Positions 51,866-64,000 of a stretch of 64,000 bases of DNA are shown here, in pieces (within the stretch, counting starts at the first letter, position 1; every line of letters starts with the position of its first letter). Where the stretch lies: assembly GCA_034780895.1 (NCBI GenBank), contig JAUZTB010000002.1:47275016-47339015 (forward strand). Direction: 5' to 3'. Below the pieces are notes generated by a model that searched no databases, was not told where the DNA came from, and saw only the letters and a program-made list of their open reading frames with translations. The position numbers were made by a program, and so were the translations under genes. This stretch comes from Rhynchobatus australiae. Taxonomy: Eukaryota.

Positions 51866-53354
51866 CCATTTCTGCTCTGAGCTGCAAGCAGAATGGAATC
51901 TAACATATCTTGCATATGATTTTCCAGTAAGTTACAACGAATTATAAGCAAATCTTTCACAGTGCATTTGGTACCTGAATTTATAATATCTTTATCTGAG
52001 TAGTGAGGTTTCTGATGTCAATATGTTACAATGATTTATATTCTCTTTGATTTCTCATCTTACATTTTAACATGTCTTCTGACATTTGTGTCCTTCAACA
52101 TGGTGAGCAAGTTGCCTCATCCAAGATGTTGATAGCCTTTTAAAAAAAATAATCATTCAACATTGAAACTTTGCTGAGATTTGCCAATAGAATTAATTTG
52201 TCTTCAGACCACTAGTATCAGGAACTTGAACACCAAGTAGCAATCCCACAACTTTATTCTATCTGATAGTATATGTATGTCAATGATTTAGTATCAGTGA
52301 AGAAAAGCACTGGAAAGAATAGCCGTGTTATCATTGTCCTAACTTGAAACAACCCCTGATAAGGGGCTTGTTACATCCTTAGTTTCTTCCAACTGTCCTC
52401 TTGGCATTCTTGGCATTCAGCCTAGATGAGAGAAATCTTGCTTCTTTTGTTTATATTGAAGTAGAATCAAACTGTTACAAAACTGAGGTGGAAAAAGGCA
52501 AGTCTTGTGCTTATTGTAAGGTATACTTTAGTAAAAGCTTTGAGTGAAATGTCAGATTATCTGACATTATTTCTGTTTTAATGACACATGAAGTATACAG
52601 AGCTAAATATTTTGGGATTGTAAGTTTTTCTTGCCATCAAGAATTGCTCACTCCTTTCTACACAAAAGCCACTGGTACTTAACTGTAACCATTATTCTCA
52701 GCCAGAATTTAACATTGCAGCATGANNNNNNNNNNNNNNNNNNNNNNNNNNNNNNNNNNNNNNNNNNNNNNNNNNNNNNNNCCTGCTTCCCTGCCTTCTT
52801 GGCTATTGCCTTGCAAATTTCTTCTTTTCACATCTGTCTGAGAGGACTTGCATTGGGACATGTTTGCAGATTGGTTTCCTTTGCCCCAAAACCTTTGAGT
52901 GGGCCACAAGAAAGCATGAGAGATATATTGTTTAAATAGCACTTTATATATTTAGCATTAAAAAGACTAAACATCATAACTTTTCTTTTTTTTCTTCCTC
53001 CCATGTTTTCATAAGGAACATGAAGGTGCAGAAAATGCTTCAGACTATGATCTTGGGAATTATGTGAGGATCACACCTAGGATTCTCCATCTGTAATCCT
53101 ACGGGATGAATTATTGACTGCTGTGACTGCTATTGCACTCTCAGACCATGGTTCAGCCCAGAGGATGACTGAGGTATAGCAGTCAACATCTTTTAGGGAA
53201 AGTGTGGATGATGCTGGGTGCATGCTGGGTAGTTAGATTAATATTATTACCTAAAGTATCCTTTGTCTGACCACAAATAAGTAATCCCATGATAGCTACA
53301 ACTAAGGGAAGTTTTCCCCTTAATTTATTCCCTGTACACTCAAAACTTTGTGGC

Positions 53355-53908
53355 CAAATTCTGCTCTAATGCCATTTACAAGTTGACAGATGACACCAGC
53401 GTAGTGGGTCAGATCTCAAACAACAAGGCAGTACAGGAAGGAGATCAAGAGCCCAGTAGCATGGTGTGAAAACAACAACCTTTCCCTCAATGTCAGCAAA
53501 ACAAAAGAGCTGGTCATTGACTTCAGAAAGCAGGGCAGAGTATACACCAATGTTGCTGAGTGGAGATTGTTGAGAGCTTCAAGTTCCTAGGTGTAAATGT
53601 CACCAACAATTTGCCCTGGCCAGCCACATGGATCCTATGGCCAATAAAGCTCACCAGCACCTCTACTTCCTCAGCAAGCTAAAGAAATACGGCATATCCC
53701 TGATGACACTCACCAATTTTTACAGATGCACCATAAAAAGTATCCTATCTGGATTTATCACAGGTTGGTATGGCAACTGCTCTGCCCAAGACCACAATAA
53801 ATTGCAGAGAGTTGTGAATGTAGCCCAATCCAGCACACAGACCAGGGTCCCCTCCATTGACTCTGTCTATACTTCCCGCTGCCTCGGGAAAACAGCCATC
53901 ATAATTAA
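53355..53908 (+). mobile_element. Rex1/Babar-type LINE RT fragment
   Basis: IYKLTDDT, NLSLNVSKTKELVIDFRK, AHQHLYFL.KLKK..LTNFYRCTI.SIL. Confidence 0.85.
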
Positions 53909-55109
53909 GTAGCTCTCTGCATCCTAAGACCACTTTACTTTGAAATTGGATGATTTGAAGATAATAACCGTTGATGAAGAAGATAATTCATGGTCTGGAC
54001 AAGTGTAACATTGGTTGTCATAACAACAGTCACCATTAATGTGAATCAAAATGTGTATAGTACTAACCTGATGGGTTGGTTTTAGTTGAGAAAATGTCTT
54101 GTATCTGCTACGTAGGATCACTAAATGCCTGTTTGGTCAAAGCAACATGAGAGTGATAGCACTGACCTTTTGTCCTGATCCTTTTCTTGTGGTTTGGATG
54201 CTTTTGTCTCATGACTGAATGTTCTTTACTGTTTTCTTTCATGAAGTAATCCTAGTGTCCCTTTGGTGGTGTTGAAAAGGTGGATTATGTTCTGAGTGGC
54301 TTTATATCATACTTTGTTATCCTTACATGCCTTCTTTTTGTCTTGCTCCACACAAGCAATCCTTGGTTCCACAGTTTCTTCCAGCAGGTCTTTCCAGAAC
54401 CAGTAAAGGAAAATTACATCCAGTGAGGAAGTGTGAAAGCCAAAACAGCTGCCTATACTTGCCAAGGGCCAACCAAATGGCAAAGCGTTAGCTCTTGCAG
54501 CGTTTGTCTTTATGGAACTGTTTTAGTTCAGGTTGTCTCGGCATTTATTTAAATATCCTTTATATACGTCCTCTGATTCGGAGCACAAATTGTTCAGTAT
54601 AAACCTGAGTCTGTTTAGGCTCAGGCAGAATGTCTAAGCAGAAATGGAATTGTAAACGCATCACATGGACACTTCTACATCTTACAAATATTTTACTAAA
54701 TCATTATACTTTAGCAGGATCCAGGACATTGTAGCAATGAGTGTTCGACTTATTGACATTACGAGTCATTCTCCAAAGTAATTGCGTGAATTTTTTAAAA
54801 GCCTTTTGAACTGCTACATCATTCCCTCAATGCAAGTTAAGAATACATTTAAAATGTTGCAAGATCTTTGATAATAGACTATTAGCTCTAAATAAAGGTT
54901 CATTATTGTCATCATTTAAAAAAACTAATTTAGCTATTCTGTCCTTGCAAGGCACTAGCACATCCATAATAACCTCACTCTCTCAAAGTCTTTGAATGCA
55001 TGAAACCTCCCAGGTTCATGTCCTTTTCCTTTTCATTCAGCAACATTTTGTATTCCCTTCAATTCAGTTTCTGATCCTGGCCTGAAAATAGTCAAATCAA
55101 AGTCACAAC

Positions 55110-55320
55110 GTGATTATCTTCAATTTAGGGTATTGTATTGTGACTCATGATGCAGTCTCATCTATCTTGCATAGACCAAATGAGGGTTGGCTGATTACTT
55201 TGTGAACACTTGCATTCAATCTGTAAAATAGGCAGGAGCTCCTGATTGCTTGTCATTTTCATTCATTGCTGAACTCCCATTTTTACCTCTCTGTCTCAAG
55301 CTTCATCTAATGAAGCTTTT
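55110..55320 (+). mobile_element. Penelope GIY-YIG endonuclease remnant
   Basis: FNLGYCI..S*CSLIYLA*TK*GLADYF.EHLHSICK..ELLIACHF (cf. N.VYCI.C..C...YIGET.R.L..R..EH). Confidence 0.75.
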
Positions 55321-55329
55321 GCCTAATAT

Positions 55330-55615
55330 AGAAACAGAACATGCTGGAGATATTCAGCAGGCAAGGCAACATCTGTGGAGAGTGATGCAAAGTAACATTT
55401 CAGGTCAATGATCTTTCGTCTATTCTGATCAACATAGACTTCAGATTTCTGACCAACACTGATCTTCCCAGTCAACAGAAAAGACCCTGACCAAACAATG
55501 GCAGTCATAGCATCAACAACTGGAGAATGTTGCCTCCACAGATGCTGCTCAACCTGCTGAGTTTTTCCAGCAGTTTGTTTTCTTGCTCCGTATTCCAGCA
55601 TCTGCAGTCTATTGT
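55330..55615. mobile_element. Two Penelope pseudo-LTR fragments in inverted orientation
   Basis: 'tgctggagatattcagcagg..ggcaacatctgtggag' pairs with 'ctccacagatgctgc...cctgctgag..tttccagca'. Confidence 0.7.
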
Positions 55616-56812
55616 GTTCCCAATTGGAGAACTGTTGTGCTGATACATTTGGTCTTATGTTGTCATCCTCCACATAACGTAATCAGGGTGGATTTCTGAG
55701 CAACAACAACAAGGGCAAGCAAATGCAAATGGTTCTGTAAAATATGAATTTCAGAGACAGAAAGTAGCACATAACAAATGTCACACAACTTTTGTGTGGA
55801 TTTCACTGCTGCATGCTGTTCTTGCAAGCTCAGCAAATCAGATTTCTTATATGAGCACCTCCGCTCCTGCAATAGATGTTATCTCCACTAATAGTTGCTG
55901 TCAGTGCAAGTTCCTCCTAATTGGGTTCGAAATATCCTTAGTTACAAGGTATTCAGGAAAGATAGAGAAGAGAAGAAAGAAGGGAAATGTCAGTATTGAT
56001 TTAGGAGAATATGGCAGTTCTGGAAAGAAGGACGTTCTGCAACAATTATGGAAAGAATCTGTCCATTTAAAATTAAGAAACAATCAAGATATGATTACAC
56101 TGCTGACAATACACCAACTAGTGGGAAGGATATGCAGGAACACGTTTACAGGAAAGTTGCAGAGATGTGGAAAAGCTATACAGTGATAATGATGGGGGAT
56201 TTCAACCATCCAAATATTGATAGGATATGGCTAACATTCAGGGAAAAGAAGGGGAGAAATTTACGAAATGTGCTCAGGAGAACATTCTTAGTGTTTGTCA
56301 GTCTCAACACAGAAGGCAGTATTGCAGGACTTGATTCTGGGAAACGAGCCAGGCCAAGTGGAGAAGGTGTCAAGAAAACAAGTAAAAAGAAGCAAGAAAA
56401 GGCCAACCGGTCCATCAAGATTGCCTTTCCAGTCAATGACATCATGATATCATAAAGTTTAGAATAACTATGAAAAAATAATGTAGACATCTCTACATTA
56501 AAATATACAGTGAAGGGCAAATTTCAGTGGGAAGAGAATAGATCTGACCAGGTAGATAGGCAGGCAAAACTGCAGCTGAACAATCAGAGACTTGTATAAT
56601 GGAATTGTTTCAGCTACATTCCAGGTACATTCCCATGAAGCAGAAGGGTAGGAAATTTAAAGACAGAGCTCTCTGGATGACTGAAAAGACAGAAAGTAAA
56701 ACAGATCAGAAGAAAAAGAACATATGACAGATTAAGTTGTGAACACAATTGAGAATAAGGCTGATTACAAAAAGTTCAGAGTGAAAGTATTTAAGGAAGT
56801 AAGAGAGAAAGA

Positions 56813-57381
56813 ACATAGAACATTACAGCACAGTACAGGCCCTTCGGCCAACGATGTTGTGCAGAGATGTTATCCTGCTCTAAGATCTATCTAACCCTTC
56901 CCTCCCACATAGCTCCCTATTGCTCTATCATTCATGTGTCTATCTAAGAGTCTCTTAAACATCCCTAATGTATCTGACCCCACAACCTCTGCTGGCAGTG
57001 TGTTCCACACACTCACCACTCTTTGTGTAAAAAACTTAACCCTGACATCCCCCTTATATTTTCCTCCAATCACCTTAAAATTACGTCCCCTCGTGTTAGC
57101 CATTGTCACCCCGTGAAAAAGTCTCTGACTGTCCACTCAATCTATGCCTCTTATCATCTTGTACACCTCTATCAAGTCACCTCTCATNNNNNNNNNNNNN
57201 NNNNNNNNNNNNNNNNNNNNNNNNNNNNNNNNNNNNNNNNNNNNNNNNNNNNNNNNNNNNNNNNNNNNNNNNNNNNNNNNNNNNNNNTCTATGCCTCTTA
57301 TCATCTTGTACACCTCTATCAAGTCACCTCTCATCCTCCTTCTCTCCAAAGAGAAAAGCCTTAGCTCACTCAATCTATCAT
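56813..57381 (-). mobile_element. Younger CR1 3' fragment inserted in the older CR1
   Basis: RMRGDLIEVYKMIRGID..KFFTQRVV; flanked by an 8-bp duplication GAGAAAGA (56805-56812 / 57382-57389). Confidence 0.9.
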
Positions 57382-58144
57382 GAGAAAGAGCATGAGAAAA
57401 AACTGGCAGCAAACATTAAAGGGAATCCAAAAATATTTTATAGGTATATGAACATGATAAGGATTGTAAGATTAATGTTGGGCCAAATCTGAGATCAAAA
57501 AGGAAATCTATTCATGAAGGGTAAAAAAAAGGGATCCTTATTCCTTGATAAAAACTGATATAGATGCTGCTGAGTATCATCAAAGGAAGATAATTTTTTC
57601 ATTCCGGATGAGCTAAAAATCAATGTAAAGAAGATGCTGCATGCTCTTAGAGAGGATAAGTCACTTGGTCCAGATGAGATGCATCCTAAGTTGTTGAGGG
57701 TAGTGTTTATAGAGGCCCTGGCCCTAATCTTCTGGACATCTATAGATTCAAAGGTGGGGCCTTATCACTAGAAAATTGTGAATGGTACAGCTTTGCTCAG
57801 ACAAAGGTGTAGGGATAAACCCACTATCCATGGATTAGTCAGTTTAATGTCAGTAGTGAAGAACATTTAATAAACAATAATTTGGAACAGAATTATCAGT
57901 CATGTGGACAAGTGCAGATTGATTAAAGAAAGCTGCCATGGATTTGTTAAAGGCAAATCATGTCCAACTAACTTGATAGAATTTTATTAAGTAACAGAGA
58001 GGACTGATAAAGGAAGTGTAGTTGATGTGGTTTACATGGACTTGAAAAAGGCATTTGATGGGCTTGTCATGAAATAAATTAGATCAACAGCATGAATGGA
58101 AAAATAGTCAAATAACAGGAATCAAGAGGTAGNNNNNNNNNNTT

Positions 58145-58270
58145 AAAGAACTGCAGATGCTGGGAATCTGAAACAAAAACGTCACATACTGGAAACACTC
58201 AACACAACAGGTAGCATCTGTGCAAAGAAGAACAAAGTTAACATATCAGGCTGAAGGCACTTCATCAAAT
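58145..58270 (-). mobile_element. Penelope pseudo-LTR fragment
   Basis: 'ctgcagatgctgggaatctgaaacaaaaac...cttcatca'. Confidence 0.65.
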
Positions 58271-58421
58271 TGTTTATTTGGACATGAAGTAAAAAGAGGA
58301 AGTCTATATCAGTAGATTTGAACCCCAGGGGTTGGTACTGGGACCCTTGCTTTTCTTAACATATCTATGGTTCAGACTTTAGTGTACAGGCCACACTTTC
58401 CAATTTCCATATTTGCAGATG

Positions 58422-60040
58422 ACAGCCTTCAATGCACCAAAACCCACAATCACTGTTGCAGACATCGGAACAGTCTTCCAGAGAGTGAACCCACAGAAAG
58501 CATCTGGCCCAGATGTTGTCCCGGGCCATGTCATTAGATCCTGTGCAGATCAGCTGGAGGGGTATTTGCAGACATATTTAACCTCTCCCTGCTTCAATCT
58601 GAAGTTCCCACCTGTTTTAAGCCTACTATCATCCTGGTACCTAAGAAAAATAAGGTAATGTGCCTTAATGACTACCAACCGGTGGCTCTGACATCCACCA
58701 TAATGAAATGTTTCAAGAGGCTGGTCATGGCACACATCAACTCTGGCCTCCAAGACAACCTCAACCCACTGCAATTTGCCTACCGCCAAAACAGGTCCAT
58801 GACAGATGCCATCTCCCTGGCCCTGCACTCATCCCTGGAGCATCTGGACAGTAGTGACACCGACATTGTTTATCGACTACAGCTCCGCCTTCAATACTGT
58901 AATTCCAAGCAAACTCATCTCCAAATTCCTAGACTTGGGACTCAACACCTCCTTTTGCAATTGGATCCTTGACTTCCTGACCAATGGACTGCAATCAGTA
59001 AGACTAGGCAGCAACACCCCCACCACGATTATCCTCAAAACTGGTGCCCCACAAGGCTGCGTCCTCAGCCCTCTATTTCCTATACACTCATAACTGCATG
59101 GCCAGATCCTGCTCTAACTCCATTTACAATTTTGCCAATAACACCACCGTAGTGGGCTGAATCTCAAATAATAATTAGAGTACAGGAAGGAGATAGAGAG
59201 CTTAGTGGAATGGTGTCATAAAAATAACCATTCGGACAATGTCAGCAAAACAAAAAAGCTGGTCATTGACTTCAGGGAGAGGGGTGATGGGCACGCACCT
59301 GTCTATATCAATGGTGCTGAGGTTGAGGGAGTTGAGAGCTTCAGGTTCCCAGGAGTGAACATCACTAATAGTCTGTCCTGGCCCAACCACATAGATGCCA
59401 CAGCCAAGAAAGCTCACCAGTGCCTCTACTTCTTCAGGAGGCTAAAGAAATTTGGCATGTCCCCTTTGACCCTCACCAATTTTTATCGATGCACCATAGA
59501 AAGCATCCTANNNNNNNNNNNNNNNNNNNNNNNNNNNNNNNNNNNNNNNNNNNNNNNNNNNNNNNNNNNNNNNNNNNNNNNNNNNNNNNNNNNNNNNNNN
59601 NNNNNNNNNNNNNNNNNNNNNNNNTCTATCTACACTTCTCGCTGCCTCAGTAAAGCAGCCAACAAAGAAGCAGCCCCATCCACCCAGGACATTCTCTCTT
59701 CTCGCCTTCCCATTGGGCAGACGGTACAAAAGCCTGAAAGCACATACCACCAGGTTCAAAGACAGCTTCTATCCTACTGTTATAAGACTATTGAACAGTC
59801 CCCTAGCATGATAAGATGGACTCCTGACCTGACAATCTACCTCACTATGGCCTTGCACCTTACTATCATCTGCCACTGCACTTGCTCTGTAACTATAACA
59901 CTTTTTTCGGCATTCTGTTATTGTTTTCCCTTGTACTACCTCAATGCACCATTGTAATGAAATAATCTATATGGATGGCATGCAAAACAATGTTTTTCAC
60001 TGTACCTCGGTGCACGTGACAATAAGAAACCAATTTACCA
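58422..60040 (+). mobile_element. Rex1/Babar-type LINE (RT domain to 3' end)
   Basis: [64 protein letters not shown]; frameshifted. Confidence 0.92.
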
Positions 60041-60654
60041 ACTTGGATTGCACAAGACTTGAAGGCATATGAAGAGGATGACAATTGACATCAAGGAGAA
60101 AGGAGCAGGCTGGTGGAATAGGTGGATTTGGGGCAGATAAAACTGAATTCTAAGAAATACAACATGTTATGCTTTTGATAGGAAGAATGAGAAGAGAAAG
60201 TAAAAACTTGAACACACAATTCAAAAAAATGTACAAGACTACAGAGATCTGGAGTTATGTGTGTAAATGTATTGCCATGGGTTGCAATAGAGGCAAGTCC
60301 AGCTTGAGTTTTCAAAAGAGATAAGTTCAAAGTAGCAGGGTAAGTTGAGGAACAGTATCCTTTACAAATCAAAGCAAAGAACACAAGAGCAAGTATTCAT
60401 TTAGACCTTGTTGGTGTATTGTTTTCAGTTCTATGTATTACATTTTGGGATATATATAATGGCCCTAGTGAGAGTGCAGAAGAGATTTACCAAATAATTC
60501 CAGGGATGAGGGAGAAGACTGAAGGAGCTAGGGTTCTTTTTTGTGGAACAGAAGATTTTGCAAAGGGATCTGAAAGAGGTAAAATCATGAACGATATAAA
60601 TAGATAGAAATAAATTATTCCTATTGTTGGAGGATTCATGAACCAGAGGACATA

Positions 60655-60738
60655 TATTCTGTCAGCTTCATGCAAATAAGGAATTTCATTGTACCCTGGT
60701 GTATATGACAATAAACTGATCTGAATCTGAATCTGAAT
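60655..60738 (+). mobile_element. Rex/Babar-like 3' tail with (TCTGAA)n
   Basis: 'tttcattgtacc..gtgtatatgacaataaac' followed by hexamer repeats. Confidence 0.6.
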
Positions 60739-62080
60739 GAACGGGAGAAGCAAAAGAACCAGAATGAATATGAGCAAATATGTTTCCTGCGGTGAATAAC
60801 AAAATCAGAAATGTATTGCTGTGGGTTGTAATGAAGGCAAGTTCAACTAGAGTTTTCAAAAGAGATAGCTTCTGAAAGGAAAGACAATTGTGGGGCAATG
60901 GGGAGAGGGCAGGACATTGGGACTAGCTGTATTGCTCTGACATACAGCAGGTGCAGACTTGTTGGGTCAAATGTCCTCTTTCTATGTTGTAACCACTTTG
61001 TTATTCTGTGAAGACAATGAGGAGACCTGGACATCAGAAAGATTTTTTTTATTGTTGCGTACCACTAAATGACAGAGGTATTTTAAGAACCTGACCCAGC
61101 CATGATATTGAGACAAGTGCAATAATATGCTTAAGCTTTGCTCTTTCAATTATTATAGAAATCATTTGATCGGGTTACCACTTTGGAATCAATCCCAGGT
61201 ATGCATTAGTCTCTTTACTAGAATGACTAGAGGACTTACAGGTTGATAAAATCAGCAAAAGTGCAATAATGTACAGTATATTAAAAATAGTGAGTCTGGA
61301 ACTTGATATTTAGAGTGCCATGTATCCAAGTAGAAAATAAATGCATAGTACTATCCCATTCAGGAACTCAACCTCCCTAGTCCTTACGGAAGCAGAAGTA
61401 ATGTTTGCTTTATTTGTTTGGGTTCTCTGGAGACATTCCTGGCAGTTATTTGAAATATGTTATTCCTTTAAATGAAAAGGGTGTAACACTTGCTTCAAAG
61501 TCCAGTCTGGGTGTTGAATGTTGGGTCTGTTTTTCTCAGTCAGGATCACAAACTCTACACAAGGTCTAACTAGGAGTTCACAATGGTACCACAAGGTACT
61601 ACCACCATCATATACTCACAGCTACTGTACCAAATAGCTATTTACTTGGCTGAAAATGAATGTAAATTTAAATTCAAAATATTGTGAAAAGTACAAATAG
61701 AAATGTAAATGTATTTGTGCTAATAGCACCTCTGATTCAAAACTCCAGACCTTTTGCTCCTTCACTGTATTTTTGCACCTCACGGTTCTGGATCAGAATA
61801 CTTTTAGATTAAGTATTCCTCAGAATTCAAGGTTTAGAAAGACTAAACTGGAGACCAGTTACTATTCTGCACCTGAACAATGTTTTATCCATATCAGCAT
61901 TCATAGCCACTTCTACAAGAGAGTATATTATTCTGAATGGAATGATATATGAAAAATTTCTACCCTTAGAAAAATGCGCTTTGATATCATGATCACGTGA
62001 AAGACTTGTCAAAGTAATGTCAATGTTTGTGTTTGCATGACACCAAATCAGTTTAATTCATAAACAATCAGTTCTGTATA

Positions 62081-62380
62081 CAGGCCATCCCCAGGTTATG
62101 AACACCCAGCCTATGGACACCCCTACATATGAACAAGCACCCATAATATTATTAAATTCAAAAGTCCGATGTACATACATACATTCCTTCCTACAAACAG
62201 CAGAGCTAGTTCCTCTTTCTCTCTGTTTTTAGTAATTTTTCTTTCTTATCAGTCTTAAGTGTTTTTGATACCATTTGTTAAAATACTATGGTTACATATT
62301 GAATGGTTTTTACGTATTTTCTGACTTACGGACAAATTTGACTAAAAAACAGAACCCATTCATTAACTGGAGATCACCTG
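62081..62380. mobile_element. Tc1/mariner (Tigger-like) MITE, 300 bp
   Basis: TA|CAGGCCATCCCCAGGTTATGAA ... TTCATTAACTGGAGATCACCTG|TA: imperfect TIRs and TA duplication. Confidence 0.8.
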
Positions 62381-62573
62381 TACCCTAAACATGGAGTAAC
62401 AGAGGGAGATAATCCAAACTGCAAGAGAAACAACAGACCTAGTCTGGAACCCATTTCTGGAATTTACCTCATACATGAAATCTCATGGAAAACAGTCTCA
62501 CGAGCATAAATCATGAATTTTAAAATAATGCCTTTGGTGCTTTACTGAAGCCCTGGCCCAAAGATATGTCATT

Positions 62574-62910
62574 ACAGTGGCACAGCAGGTAGTAATGTTC
62601 GCTTACATTTCCAGCAACCTGGGCAAGTTCCTATTCTCTGATGCTGTCTGTGTGGAGTTTGCATGCCCCCTTTGTGACCACATGGGGTTTCCAGAGAGGC
62701 TCTTGTTGCCTCCTAGATCCCAAAGATGTGTTAACTGGTAGGTTAATGGGTAACTGTAAATTACCCCTAGTGATGATAGGTGGGGAATTGATGGATATGT
62801 GAGAGAGAATAGGTTACATGGAATTAAGTGGAGAATGGGATTGATGGGATTTCTCTGAGACCCAGCAAGGAGGCAAAGGGATGAATGGCCTCCTTACAAA
62901 TGGTAAATAA
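62574..62910 (+). mobile_element. V-type SINE with CR1-like tail (HE1-like)
   Basis: Colinear with 17897-18190; ends 'gggatgaatggcctcc'. Confidence 0.75.
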
Positions 62911-64000
62911 ATATGAGAATAAGGCCTTCAATTTACTCTTCTCCTCACTCAGTTATTTCATGAAACCATAAACAGATGAAATTCCATGTGACATACAGAC
63001 CACTCAAGTACACCAATATTTATCCTTATAGGTTTTTATCAAACTGCATAGTGGCTTCATTAGCATTTTTTGGATGTTCATTTTTGTTGTGAATTAATTT
63101 TAATAACAAGCCTGTTTTATATTAAAAATGTGGCATCATCCTTAATCATTGAAGACAAAATTTGAGATGTTTTTGAGGCCTTCACTTGTTTTATAATACC
63201 TTAAAGAAATAATGTATTAGCTGCTTTCTCAGCTTCTCATCACCTGCAAGTACTTCATTAGATTCTACTTACGTTCTTTCATTGGTTACCAGTTAGGCTC
63301 ATTTTTATTGAGGGAATGTGTGGTTACAAGCAGAGTTTTGTGACAGAGCATTTATNNNNNNNNNNNNNNNNNNNNNNNNNNNNNNNNNNNNNNNNNNNNN
63401 NNNNNNNNNNNNNNNNNNNNNNNNNNNNNNNNNNNNNNNNNNNNNNNNNNNNNNNNNNNNNNNNNNNNNCTACTTGTTTTCTGCAAGATGTTTTGCAAGA
63501 ATCTGTATGAATGACTAAAATGTCAATATTAATGGATTCAGTCAATGTTTTAAAAATGTATCTTACAGGTCGTGGAACATGCTTCTAATAAAGTAGAATT
63601 TAATTTCATTGAAGAACCTGCCTATTCTGCATAACTAACTAATTTTCACCACTGAATGCAGCTCCTTGGAAAAAGCATTTTCCTGTTTTTGTCTTTAGTG
63701 GATGCAGTAATGAGTTTTAGACTCGAGAAATTAGCAGTAGAATTGAAGAGCTTTGTAGAAATGAAAAGTGAGACTCTCATGAATATCTTGCTTTCCAAAT
63801 TCCTCAGTAAATACATATAATAAACATTTGGCAAACTATGACCCTTGGCCAAAATGAGAAAGGCACTGGTCAACATGTTAAGATGGAGGCTATATTGGGC
63901 CAGAGAGGCTTTGCAGGGCCAGGAGGTGACTATTTTGTCCCACTGTGGGCATTATTTGGCTGATTATTGCTGGAACCATCAATTGACAACAATTGCTCTG

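Larger units (their letters stand above)
56050..61010 (+). mobile_element. Old near-complete CR1 ORF2 (APE endonuclease + RT) carrying nested insertions
   Basis: MGDFNHPNID (endonuclease), LAANIKGNPKIFY, KSLGPDEMHP, HGFVKGKSC.TNLIEF, VDVVYMDL.KAFD, PQGLVLGPLLF, FADD at ~58412-58421; resumes at 60041 and runs to a CR1 tail. Confidence 0.85.

Noticed and set aside
54325-54390. Possible 63-nt minus-strand exon (DLLEETVEPRIACVEQDKKKA)
   Set aside because: Weak acceptor and unrecognised peptide.
59205-59957. 250-aa ORF as a host gene
   Set aside because: C-terminal part of a Rex1/Babar LINE RT, read through a gap.
63699-63822. Possible plus-strand exon after 'tgtttttgtctttag'
   Set aside because: No recognisable product and weak donors.
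1-64000. CRISPR arrays, operons or prokaryotic defence systems
   Set aside because: No regularly spaced repeats or gene-dense coding; the sequence is vertebrate-type repeat-rich DNA.

Overview
Eukaryotic, AT-rich, repeat-dominated window with many assembly gaps. The repeat families (V-type SINEs, CR1 and Rex1/Babar LINEs, Penelope pseudo-LTRs, Harbinger fossils) point to a cartilaginous fish (shark/ray); this is inference. I found no intact host gene, rRNA or tRNA, so it is probably intronic or intergenic. The supplied ORFs are transposon debris or chance. All element calls rest on my hand translation and motif recognition, not on database searches. The most notable signal, not shown by the ORF track, is a degenerate R2-type (clade A-like) retrotransposon on the minus strand at about 24.4-25.75 kb. 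It has three zinc-finger remnants, a Myb domain, the start of RT and a PD..D restriction-like endonuclease, lacks nearly all of RT, and sits outside any 28S rDNA context. Also present: several Harbinger fossils (two with convergent Myb/SANT and transposase genes), Penelope remnants with degenerate minimal hammerhead scaffolds, a Gypsy pol fossil, a rearranged two-LTR structure, Tc1/mariner-type MITEs and nested LINE insertions.
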